DNA from: a virus
Taxonomy: Duplodnaviria > Caudoviricetes
Reading direction: 5' to 3' (one strand)
DNA length: 56,577 nt
Virus record (IMG/VR): IMGVR_UViG_3300027759_000111
Coordinates: 1 to 56,577 of that record
Part shown: positions 9,480-17,935 of the stretch, piece after piece
How the letters are laid out: every line of letters starts with the position of its first letter
Numbering within the stretch: position 1 is the stretch's first letter
Program-made: the position numbers and the translations under genes
Notes under the pieces: generated by a model
Database searches by the model: none
Told to the model about the DNA's origin: nothing
Seen by the model: only the letters and a program-made list of their open reading frames with translations

Positions 9480-10580
9480 TTAGAACTTATATCGTATTGT
9501 CGCTAATAATTGAGGGTTATAATCTTTATAGACACCTGTATATACTGATGTTTGTTCTTTATCGTGGTAATATAAACCAAACTCTAGGCCAGCTCTTTTA
9601 TCTGGTCGTTTATGTTTATCATCTTCTGTATGTATATTGTAAACAAGTCCGTAATAGTTGCCTGTAAATCCTAGGTCATCATTTTCTGTTCTATGAACTG
9701 TACCATAAATTTTTTCATTAAAACTATACAACACACCATAGTCATATCTGTTCTTATCAGCAAAACCAGTATCTTTATCGTCCCAAATTTCTGCACCCCA
9801 TATTAAAGGAATATCCCAACGATACAAAGTACCACCTAATGACCAGCCTTGTTGTGTTCGTTCATTAAAACTAGAAACACTTGTTGAACTTTTTGGATTT
9901 TTAATTTGCATATAAGATAAATCAGCATAACCAAATAGTCCTACTGTTGCACTTGTATATAAAGCATCTCTCTCGTTATCCCAACCTACAACTAAACCTA
10001 CTGGCAAATCTTGTCTTAATCTATATGAATCAAAATCAAATTGTTCGTCCCAATTAAAACCACCAATCGCAAGAACTGTTTTCTCTCTATGATCTATCCT
10101 TGAATTTGTTTGTGTAATAATTAATGGTACACCTATTTTTGGTGTTTTAGCAAATCCTAATCTTTGTGCGTCTGTTTCACCAAGATATAATCTGTAATAG
10201 TCATTACCAAATCCCATTTGTTTTTCTTGTATCGTATTATTTAAAGAAGTATCTAAAGAATAATGAGTATCATACAACATTGAAGCACCCGTCCAATTTA
10301 CGTATTGATTATTAAACTTGTGTGTAATGCCTATTTGTAATTCTGCTCTTGTATCTAAACCACTATCATAAGTACGGTCATCATAATAAGCTTCAACTTC
10401 ACCTGTAATAAAAAGGCCTTTAGGTATTGATAGTTTGTTTGATTCTAATTGTGATATTCTTTTTTCTAATTCAGATATTTTCTTTTCATCTGCTTTTACA
10501 ATTGAAGTTAAAAGTAAAGCAATTAAAAATATTATAATAACTGCAACATATTGTATTGTCAATTTCTTATCTAATTTCAT
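9480..10580 (-). CDS. porin-like outer-membrane beta-barrel protein
   Basis: Sec signal peptide (VKA-DE), short coiled coil (ISELEKRISQLE), aromatic amphipathic strands, C-terminal ATIRYKF beta-signal ending in Phe. Confidence 0.7.
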   Translation of the reverse strand: MKLDKKLTIQYVAVIIIFLIALLLTSIVKADEKKISELEKRISQLESNKLSIPKGLFITGEVEAYYDDRTYDSGLDTRAELQIGITHKFNNQYVNWTGASMLYDTHYSLDTSLNNTIQEKQMGFGNDYYRLYLGETDAQRLGFAKTPKIGVPLIITQTNSRIDHREKTVLAIGGFNWDEQFDFDSYRLRQDLPVGLVVGWDNERDALYTSATVGLFGYADLSYMQIKNPKSSTSVSSFNERTQQGWSLGGTLYRWDIPLIWGAEIWDDKDTGFADKNRYDYGVLYSFNEKIYGTVHRTENDDLGFTGNYYGLVYNIHTEDDKHKRPDKRAGLEFGLYYHDKEQTSVYTGVYKDYNPQLLATIRYKF

Positions 10581-10581
10581 A

Positions 10582-11265
10582 TTAAGTATTTATCTTTGGA
10601 AAAAGATGGTCTTTATTAAAGGTTATTACATCTTCTTCTTCTAAACCTAAAGATAACATTACCCTAGGTGTATGTGGGTTTTGTTGTTGATATTCACAGT
10701 AGTAATTCTGTGCTGTTATAACATCTTCTTGTTTTGAATCATTTTTAAAATCACTTATTTTATCCAAGTAATTATGTAAATTACTTTCGGCCATTGTTGT
10801 GACTTGGAACAATTCTTCTTCTGTTTGTATATTACCAGCCGCAATCATACCACCACTAAAGATGGCCTTTGCCCAATCTGGTAACTCTCTCTCTTTACTC
10901 GGTTTATACCATTTTGTTTCATTGATAAACCAATTCGTTAATGGATGTTCTTTTTTAAGTAATGGTGAAAAATCGTGGAATGCACCCGTTACTTTATTCT
11001 TACCTGCAATTACATCAAATCCATATATTGGGCCACCATTTGTAAGGCCAGGAAATAAACAAACGTGCATCATCCATAAACCTTTAGTATCTCTTGCATC
11101 AACCACGTCAACGTGTGCTCGTCTTATGTTGTCATTTTTCCAAGTACGATTGACCCAACCTTCTTTATTAAATCGTGTCATACCTTCTTCAAAGTATTCT
11201 GTACAATTTAAATCTAATATGTCTATGATATTATTTTTGCACTGTATAAGATTTTCCCAAATCAT
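10582..11265 (-). CDS. pcyX: ferredoxin-dependent bilin reductase, PcyX/PcyA type
   Basis: RRAHVDVVD, GLWMMHVCLFP, PIYGFDVIAG, GAFHDFSP, RELPDWAKAIFS, QNYYCEYQQQNPHT; coupled to the heme oxygenase gene. Confidence 0.88.
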   Translation of the reverse strand: MIWENLIQCKNNIIDILDLNCTEYFEEGMTRFNKEGWVNRTWKNDNIRRAHVDVVDARDTKGLWMMHVCLFPGLTNGGPIYGFDVIAGKNKVTGAFHDFSPLLKKEHPLTNWFINETKWYKPSKERELPDWAKAIFSGGMIAAGNIQTEEELFQVTTMAESNLHNYLDKISDFKNDSKQEDVITAQNYYCEYQQQNPHTPRVMLSLGLEEEDVITFNKDHLFPKINT

Positions 11266-11809
11266 TCATTTCCTTAAATAGTTCTGTAGCATATTCAAAA
11301 CATAATTTAGCTTCAGCGACCACGTTTATTTGATACGTGTTCATATAGTTATTTATTAACTCTCTTACAACTCTTTTTGTTTCTTCTGGTTTTAAAAATA
11401 CAAGATATGTATTAGGGCCAGGTGTTTTTCTTTTTATCATTTGTCCACCATACAAATCTCCCATATGTCTTACGTAGATATGAGCATATAACTTTTCAGC
11501 ATCGCTTTTAATTGTATCTAAATGATAAACGTATCTTAATGTACTGTCCGTTATATGTGGTTTATTCGGTTGATTCCACAGTGAACGAAAGTCGTGGTCT
11601 ATTTTTTGTGCTCTGTCAAGGCCAGGTGTTTGTCTAAACAGGCCGTTTTCAAAGGCATATTTTTCTAGTGTTGAATAACACTGTAATAGATTAAACAAAT
11701 ATGTGGCGTAGAGGTCTGGATTGATCTGACCAGACATAAGAGTTTGTACAAAAGGTTCCGATTCAGCTCTTTTATGTTCTTCTAAAGTCAATTGTCTTAT
11801 ATCACTCAT
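11231..11809 (-). CDS. hemO: heme oxygenase (start revised to ATG at 11809)
   Basis: Proximal His in EEHKRAE and distal helix HIYVRHMGDLYGGQ; the longer track start overlaps the divergent gene and the promoters. Confidence 0.9.
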   Translation of the reverse strand: MSDIRQLTLEEHKRAESEPFVQTLMSGQINPDLYATYLFNLLQCYSTLEKYAFENGLFRQTPGLDRAQKIDHDFRSLWNQPNKPHITDSTLRYVYHLDTIKSDAEKLYAHIYVRHMGDLYGGQMIKRKTPGPNTYLVFLKPEETKRVVRELINNYMNTYQINVVAEAKLCFEYATELFKEMNDLGKSYTVQK

Positions 11810-11814
11810 ATATC

Positions 11815-11833
11815 TATTTATACGATATAAATA
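11815..11833. promoter_or_regulatory. back-to-back T4-type late promoters
   Basis: TATAAATA on minus at 11815-11822 and on plus at 11826-11833, each 5 nt from an ATG. Confidence 0.75.
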
Positions 11834-11838
11834 TATTA

Positions 11839-12465
11839 ATGAATAATCAAATTTTGCAATTATGGCCCACACCTGTTTATTTGGCTCAAACAAATTTAAT
11901 AACCAACGAAATTATAGAAAACGTAAAAAATCAAAGTTACATTAGAACAAGTAATAATTTAAATGATATAACTATTGACAAAAAAATATTATTAAAAACC
12001 GAGTTTAAAAATTTAAAAGAAAATATTGATGAGCATTTTTATAATTATGTTTATAATGTATTAAATATTAATACTAATAACAAATTTATTATGACCAATA
12101 GTTGGATTTTAAAAAATTCTTCTAACGAAACAACTCACGCACATACACATCAAAATTGTATATTTTCAGGAGTAATATATGTAGTTGCTGAAGAAAATCA
12201 AGGTGTATTAAAAATTCATAAAGACTACGATCAAATATTTGATAATTCTATAAAACCTGATTTTTCACAAAGAAACATTTATAATAGTGATGAGTGGAAT
12301 ATAACACCTCAAAAATCATTACTAATAATATTTCCCTCAAAATTGAAACATAGTATTACTGAAAATAAATCAAATAAAACTAGATTTAGTATTTCTTTTA
12401 ATTATTTTTTAACTGGTACTGTAGGCGATAGTCCTGTAATTAGATTAAATTTAAATTGTTCTTAA
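11839..12465 (+). CDS. putative Fe(II)/2OG oxygenase (TIGR02466-like)
   Basis: LWPTPVY, NSW, HAHTHQNCIFSGVIY, IIFPSKLKHSI, RFSISFN. Confidence 0.85.
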   Translation: MNNQILQLWPTPVYLAQTNLITNEIIENVKNQSYIRTSNNLNDITIDKKILLKTEFKNLKENIDEHFYNYVYNVLNINTNNKFIMTNSWILKNSSNETTHAHTHQNCIFSGVIYVVAEENQGVLKIHKDYDQIFDNSIKPDFSQRNIYNSDEWNITPQKSLLIIFPSKLKHSITENKSNKTRFSISFNYFLTGTVGDSPVIRLNLNCS

Positions 12466-13061
12466 AAATAATTTAACCATCCTGTGATAATAAACTTTTC
12501 TTCTGTGTTAGAAACTATGCCTCTATGAGTATGTGTCCAATCTGCAGGCCATATTAATGTTAATCCTTTTTTACATTTTGTTACTATATTTTGAATAGGA
12601 AATTCTGTGCCTCCTTGATCGGATATATTATTTAAATAAGTCATAAAAACCAGAACTCTATTACTATTAGGTCCTTGTCTTTCAGCGTGAAAAAATTTAA
12701 AACCGCCACCAGGTTTATAATATTGAATATTTACAGGTTCAACTAAACCAAAATGAGCACCATCATTTATATATGTAAATGTTTTTTTATATTCTTCTAA
12801 ACATAACATCAAATGATTCCAATAATTATTAAATAACAATTCAGTTTTAAATAACTTAGGATTTATACATATATCAATAGAATCTTTTTGACGAATATCT
12901 ATTTTAGGACCACCAATTGTACTTCCTATAACACCCCTTTCTTGTAATTTTTTATTTTTTTTAAAATAATTTGTAAGGTCATCACATAATGTGGTATCTG
13001 TCATACAATAACCTTGTATAAAATTTACAGGTTCAAAATTAATATTTTCTTTTTCAATCAT
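12462..13061 (-). CDS. Fe(II)/2OG oxygenase (prolyl 4-hydroxylase-like)
   Basis: IQYYKPGGGFKFFHAE, RVLVFMTYLN, GGTEF, IWPADWTHTHRG, KFIITGW. Confidence 0.88.
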   Translation of the reverse strand: MIEKENINFEPVNFIQGYCMTDTTLCDDLTNYFKKNKKLQERGVIGSTIGGPKIDIRQKDSIDICINPKLFKTELLFNNYWNHLMLCLEEYKKTFTYINDGAHFGLVEPVNIQYYKPGGGFKFFHAERQGPNSNRVLVFMTYLNNISDQGGTEFPIQNIVTKCKKGLTLIWPADWTHTHRGIVSNTEEKFIITGWLNYF

Positions 13062-13062
13062 A

Positions 13063-14553
13063 TTATAAATTGATTAAATAATTGTTTAAGTTGGTAGCTG
13101 TCAAATAATTTTTTAATTGCATATTTTTTTTAAAATCATAGTTTTGTTTGAATCTTATCTCATCTAATTCTTCAAAATCAAATTGATTATGTATTAATAT
13201 TCTCTCTATAATTTTCTTATCAAAATATCCTAATCCTGCTAAGGTATAATTCCATAATGATTGATCTGCACAACCAGAATATATTTCAAAATCTGAATAT
13301 CTTGTTAACCTAGATTTTGCTAAATCAATTATGTTTAGTAATCTTTCAGATTTGTAACTATAATAATTTACATAATTCCAAAATGCACTATCTTTTCTAT
13401 TTCCTAAGTAAGTCATTTGTACAAAATCTTTTAAATCATTATTTAATTTAAAAATTTCTTTATTGTATTTTTCTATAGAAACCGGTATAAAAGTTTCTTT
13501 TACAGTAGGCATCAAACAGTTTGTAATTAATTTCTTTAAACTTGTAAGAAGTGTGTGTAAACTAGTAGCTTGTAACGGTTCCAAAAAAGATGAAGATAAC
13601 CCTAAAGAAATACAATTTGATACCCAAGTATCTTCATAAGCTCCCGAAGAAAAATTTATTTTTTTAATTACTTCAATATTAGGATCATTATAATATTCTT
13701 TTAGTTCCTCTAAAGCACCATTTTCGTTTGTAAAAACATTATTATAAACATAACCTCTTCCAATTTTATGCCTTGTAGGAATTTCAAAAACCCAACCATT
13801 TTTTAAAGCTGTTGAAATTGTACAAGAAAATCTATCATCCGAATTTTCTTTTGTTTTAAAAATTATAGCTTCATTAACAGGAAGACTTTCTTCAAAAGAC
13901 ACCCAATTAGAATTTAATTTTGATATTAACAACTTTTGAAAACCTGTGCAATCTATAAAAACGTCAGCTGTTACGATTTCGTTATTAGATAAAATTAATT
14001 TTTCAATTTTATTATTTTTAACTTCAATATTTTCAACAACCTCATCAAAAATTTTTATTTTAGTTTTTGATTTAAAATATTCTACAAATTTATAAGCATC
14101 AATATGATAAGATTTATAATAATCCCATTTTAATGTATTATTTTCAATGTAATATGGAACAACATTATTTTCAAAATAGTGGCCACTAATACCACTTTTA
14201 CTTAAATTTAAATCATTTAATAAATGATAAAATAAGCTTGCATCTAAATTTTTATTAGCTGTTGTTGAACCTTCTAAAGGACTGAAAAAAGAGGAATTGT
14301 CTCCTGACCAATTTTTAAATAATATTCCTATTTTAGGTAATGCCCAAGTTTTAACTAAAAAATCCATTTCATCTAATTCTAAACTAGGATCTAAAAACAA
14401 ATCACTTAATGTTCCTGTAACTCCTTCACCAACGCCTACAATAGGAAGTTTGCTAGAATCGATTATTGAAATATCTTGATACGGTTGTTTTTTGCTTAAC
14501 AAAAAAGCAGTTAACCAACCTGAAGTTCCACCACCAACAATAACTATTTTCAT
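13063..14553 (-). CDS. flavin-dependent (tryptophan halogenase family) halogenase
   Basis: GGGTSG FAD motif, VGVGEG, putative catalytic Lys in LPKIGILF, FIDCTGF, GWVFEIP, FLEPLQATSLH. Confidence 0.88.
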   Translation of the reverse strand: MKIVIVGGGTSGWLTAFLLSKKQPYQDISIIDSSKLPIVGVGEGVTGTLSDLFLDPSLELDEMDFLVKTWALPKIGILFKNWSGDNSSFFSPLEGSTTANKNLDASLFYHLLNDLNLSKSGISGHYFENNVVPYYIENNTLKWDYYKSYHIDAYKFVEYFKSKTKIKIFDEVVENIEVKNNKIEKLILSNNEIVTADVFIDCTGFQKLLISKLNSNWVSFEESLPVNEAIIFKTKENSDDRFSCTISTALKNGWVFEIPTRHKIGRGYVYNNVFTNENGALEELKEYYNDPNIEVIKKINFSSGAYEDTWVSNCISLGLSSSFLEPLQATSLHTLLTSLKKLITNCLMPTVKETFIPVSIEKYNKEIFKLNNDLKDFVQMTYLGNRKDSAFWNYVNYYSYKSERLLNIIDLAKSRLTRYSDFEIYSGCADQSLWNYTLAGLGYFDKKIIERILIHNQFDFEELDEIRFKQNYDFKKNMQLKNYLTATNLNNYLINL

Positions 14554-15095
14554 TTTTTCCTTATAAAAGTTTTAAAACAAACCATATCATCTCCATAATT
14601 TAAAAAAGTTCCGTGCCAAAGTGTACCAGGAAAAACTAACACATCATTTTCTAAAGTTTCAATTTCTTGTTTTTTATTATTTATTATAAAATAATAGTTT
14701 GGATTGTTTCTATTTTTTTTAATAAAATGTATAACAGTATATGGTAACTCAATATTTTTTTTTTCTTGTATATGTTTTTTCAAACTAACATCCATACCTT
14801 CTAAATTTTGATTATTAACCAAACAAACATTTTCTGTGTTTTTAAGGGTAACATCAATATAACCTTGAGTAAAAACAAAATCAAAATCATAATCTAATTT
14901 TATTTTAAAATTTTTAATTGCTTTACTATATAAATTTGTAAAAAATGTTTTTTTTAAATTTTCTTTTTCAGTATCAGTAAAAAAAGTGCAATTAATTAAA
15001 TTATTTTCATAGTAAGATTTTAAAACAATATCACTAATTTCTTTAGAAAAAAAATTAAATTTAAAAATTTTTATATTATCTATAGTTATAATCAT
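14550..15095 (-). CDS. hypothetical protein, possibly degenerate cupin/2OG oxygenase
   Basis: C-terminal ENDVLVFPGTLWHG resembles the second His motif of DSBH oxygenases; translationally coupled to neighbours. Confidence 0.5.
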   Translation of the reverse strand: MIITIDNIKIFKFNFFSKEISDIVLKSYYENNLINCTFFTDTEKENLKKTFFTNLYSKAIKNFKIKLDYDFDFVFTQGYIDVTLKNTENVCLVNNQNLEGMDVSLKKHIQEKKNIELPYTVIHFIKKNRNNPNYYFIINNKKQEIETLENDVLVFPGTLWHGTFLNYGDDMVCFKTFIRKK

Positions 15096-15096
15096 T

Positions 15097-15675
15097 TTAA
15101 TTGAAATTGAAAGCTGCTGTTATTCTAGGTGTTTCATTATTACATTTTTGAACCATATGTTTTATATTTGATCTAAAAATTACCAAAGTTTTAGGTTTAA
15201 AATTGTAACTGCAATTTAAAGAATTTGTTTCGTTATAGTTTTTTACATCCTTTAAAGGCAACATATCAGGTTCATAAGGATTTTCAAAATATAATTTTCC
15301 TGATTTTTCTGGATTGGTTACAAAATAAACAGCGCTAAAAATAGAATTACTATGTGTGTGCCATTCTTGATAGTCGCCCTTATTATATACATTTATCCAT
15401 CCATCATTACAACTATAATCACCTTCAGACTTTAATTCTTTAGCAAATAAATTAACATTTTCATTTACTTTTTCAATTAAAAAATTAAAATTTTTATCGT
15501 TTTTTAAATTATAAGAACCTAAAGTATTATATACATCTGATATCCAATTTTTACCACCTTTTTCATTACTATCTTTAACACTCAAAAATAAGTTTTTAAT
15601 TTTTTCATTTTCTTCATCCGAAAAAACATCTTCTTTAATATATAAAACAGTGGGAAACCAATAATGTAAAATCAT
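15097..15675 (-). CDS. putative Fe(II)/2OG oxygenase (TIGR02466-like)
   Basis: WFPT, WINVY, EWHTHSNSIFSAVYF, VIFRSNIKHMV, RITAAFN. Confidence 0.85.
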   Translation of the reverse strand: MILHYWFPTVLYIKEDVFSDEENEKIKNLFLSVKDSNEKGGKNWISDVYNTLGSYNLKNDKNFNFLIEKVNENVNLFAKELKSEGDYSCNDGWINVYNKGDYQEWHTHSNSIFSAVYFVTNPEKSGKLYFENPYEPDMLPLKDVKNYNETNSLNCSYNFKPKTLVIFRSNIKHMVQKCNNETPRITAAFNFN

Positions 15676-15680
15676 AAGAC

Positions 15681-15688
15681 TATTTATA
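15681..15688 (-). promoter_or_regulatory. T4-type late promoter TATAAATA
   Basis: Exact motif 5 nt upstream of the ATG at 15675. Confidence 0.7.
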
Positions 15689-15739
15689 AGCTTTTTAGGA
15701 CGTATATATATACCATAGATTATATTAAAAAAAGGAATT

Positions 15740-16324
15740 ATGGAATATCATTGGTGGTTAAGTGAAACTATTTTAGAACCTTATGTAATAGGTGAAAAAG
15801 TGTTTAATGATGAAGAAATACAAAAAATAATTAAAATAGGAAAAAATGAAAAATTTAGTACTTTTGAAGAACCTTTAATAAACGGTAAAGAAAAAGACAT
15901 ATCAACCAGAAATTGTTTTTTATCTTTTTTAAGATCAGACATAGATGACAATAAATGGATTTTTAGAAGAATAACGGATTATATAGTTAATATCAATGAA
16001 CAATTTTATAATTATAATATAGAATATATTGAAAATTTACAATTTACAGAATATAAAAGTCCAGGACATTTTTACGGAAAACACGTAGACTTACAATATA
16101 AAAGTTCTAAAACTAGAAAAATAAGTTTCTCAATTCAACTTTCAGACGATAACGAATATGAAGGAGGAGATTTAATTTTGAATACAGGTAAAGAAATAAA
16201 AGCGAAAAGAAATAAAGGTTTTATTAATATTTTTCCTAGTTATGTATTACACGAAGTAACGCCAGTAACTAAAGGTATGAGATATAGCTTAGTAGGTTGG
16301 ATTTTAGGCCCTAGTTTTAAATAA
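15740..16324 (+). CDS. PKHD-type Fe(II)/2OG hydroxylase
   Basis: LQFTEY, YGKHVD, RKISFSIQLS, YEGGDL, IFPSYVLHEVTPVTKGMRYSLVGW; AAGGA SD. Confidence 0.9.
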   Translation: MEYHWWLSETILEPYVIGEKVFNDEEIQKIIKIGKNEKFSTFEEPLINGKEKDISTRNCFLSFLRSDIDDNKWIFRRITDYIVNINEQFYNYNIEYIENLQFTEYKSPGHFYGKHVDLQYKSSKTRKISFSIQLSDDNEYEGGDLILNTGKEIKAKRNKGFINIFPSYVLHEVTPVTKGMRYSLVGWILGPSFK

Positions 16325-17905
16325 TTAATATCGTAAAATCACTATACCATTAGCCTGTACACTTCCAGCACCAGATCTAGCAGCACCACCTGAATTTCCA
16401 GGAGTTGTATCACTACCGGCTGTTAAAGTTGCAGAATTTACAGTCGTTGGTTTATAATAAGCTGAACCTCCGCCTCCGCCGCCCATATCATATGGTTCTG
16501 CGTATGCACCTGCACCTCCACCCCAATAACCACCACCTCCACCTGCACCATAAGCACCGTTTCCATCTCCACCTCTTAATTCAGATCCGCCTTGTGCAGG
16601 ACTTCCGCTTCCTCCTGCATTTTGTGTTCCAGGTTGTCCTCTATAACCTGAATTGTATGAATTTCCACTTTGTCCACTGCTTCCTCCTCCAGCTCCACCA
16701 TTTGTACTTCCTGGAGATCTATTTGCACCACCACCTCCACCGCCTCCAGCAATTAAAAGTGAACGAGCGTGAGTACCAGATTGTGGTTCAGAACCTGAAA
16801 ATACAGTTCCAGATCCTTGAAAAAATCCTGATAATCCTCCTCCTGAACCTGGTCCCCAAGTATTGTGAGCTCTTCCGCCTCCTCCATATTTTCTACTATC
16901 ATTGTTAGCTTGGCCAGCTTGACCTACAACTACAGTGTAAGCAGCTCCTGGTGTAACAGTAACCGTGCCTGTTGCATAACCACCAGCGCCGGCATTTCCT
17001 CCTCCAGACCATCCTGAAATATTGCCATTACCTCCTCCTGCTCCCCACATTTCTATAGCAACAGCATTAACTCCTGCTGGCGCAGTAAAAGCTTGATCTG
17101 AACCGGTATAAGTATATGTTGTTGTAACAGGAGCATTTACTGTAATACTAAATGATCTTGTAACACTTGCATTTGCTGTTGCAGCTCTAACTGTAAATGT
17201 TGATGTAGTATTTGAAGCAACGGCCGAAGCTGTGCCTGTAATTGCAGCTGTAGATGCGTTTAAAGATAATCCTGTTGGTAAAGCACCTGATGTAATTGAA
17301 TATGTAATAGTATCACTTTCATTATCTGATGCAGCAGCAGAAGAAAGAGTATATGCTGATCTAGCAGCATCACCTATTGTTCCTAATGATCCAGAAGCTG
17401 TATTAAAAAATGGACTAGTATCAACCGATATACAAGAATCTAATACGCCACTTAAACCTGAAGCATTAGTTACTCTAACGCTATATGGTTCATTTGCATT
17501 TACAAAAGAACTATATGGTACAGTAATTGTAAGAGATGTTACACTGTTAAATGTAGTTGTAGAAGGAGATATATTACTTCCTGAAGTTGCTAATAATAAA
17601 ACAACTGATGAAGATGTAAATAAAGTACCAGTTATAACAATTGAAGCATTTCCCGCTAAAGAACTATCTATAAATGCTGAAGTTAAAGGACCTGCACCAT
17701 TTATATTAACTGTAAGAACAGAAGGAGGACTGTCAATAGGTTTCCAGGTGGTACCTGTATAATACTCCATCAACTGTGTAGTACTATTGAATCTTAAACG
17801 TGCAGCTTCATTAACTCTATCACCTGTCGAACCACCAGACACTTTAATTCCAGCTAAGCCAGAAAATACTGTGTTTTTATTTTTAAAATCTGTTATATCT
17901 GCCAT
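16325..17905 (-). CDS. virion fibre/adhesin with Ig-like and C-terminal glycine-rich domain
   Basis: RLRFN...MEYYTGTTW module, Ig-like SITSGALPTGLSLN segment, polyglycine domain (MWGAGGG...GIVILRY). Confidence 0.7.
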   Translation of the reverse strand: MADITDFKNKNTVFSGLAGIKVSGGSTGDRVNEAARLRFNSTTQLMEYYTGTTWKPIDSPPSVLTVNINGAGPLTSAFIDSSLAGNASIVITGTLFTSSSVVLLLATSGSNISPSTTTFNSVTSLTITVPYSSFVNANEPYSVRVTNASGLSGVLDSCISVDTSPFFNTASGSLGTIGDAARSAYTLSSAAASDNESDTITYSITSGALPTGLSLNASTAAITGTASAVASNTTSTFTVRAATANASVTRSFSITVNAPVTTTYTYTGSDQAFTAPAGVNAVAIEMWGAGGGNGNISGWSGGGNAGAGGYATGTVTVTPGAAYTVVVGQAGQANNDSRKYGGGGRAHNTWGPGSGGGLSGFFQGSGTVFSGSEPQSGTHARSLLIAGGGGGGGANRSPGSTNGGAGGGSSGQSGNSYNSGYRGQPGTQNAGGSGSPAQGGSELRGGDGNGAYGAGGGGGYWGGGAGAYAEPYDMGGGGGGSAYYKPTTVNSATLTAGSDTTPGNSGGAARSGAGSVQANGIVILRY

Positions 17906-17927
17906 TATTCTCTCTCTCTTATAATAC

Positions 17928-17935
17928 TATTTATA
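17928..17935 (-). promoter_or_regulatory. T4-type late promoter TATAAATA
   Basis: Exact motif upstream of the ATG at 17905. Confidence 0.7.

Noticed and set aside
10582-11809. Cyanophage assignment from the bilin genes
   Set aside because: The reductase looks PcyX-like rather than PebS-like and no photosynthesis genes are in the window; the host remains unproven.
11810-11893. N-terminal extension of heme oxygenase in the ORF track
   Set aside because: It overlaps the divergent gene and both promoters; the family-like sequence begins at MSDIRQ (11809).
16380-17050. CCT/CCG/CCA triplet runs here and at 53400-53980 as possible DNA repeats or CRISPR
   Set aside because: They are explained by polyglycine codons; there is no constant repeat-spacer structure.
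17909-17919. (GA)n microsatellite upstream of the 526-aa fibre gene
   Set aside because: It is short and most simply a purine-rich ribosome-binding region; no evidence of phase variation.
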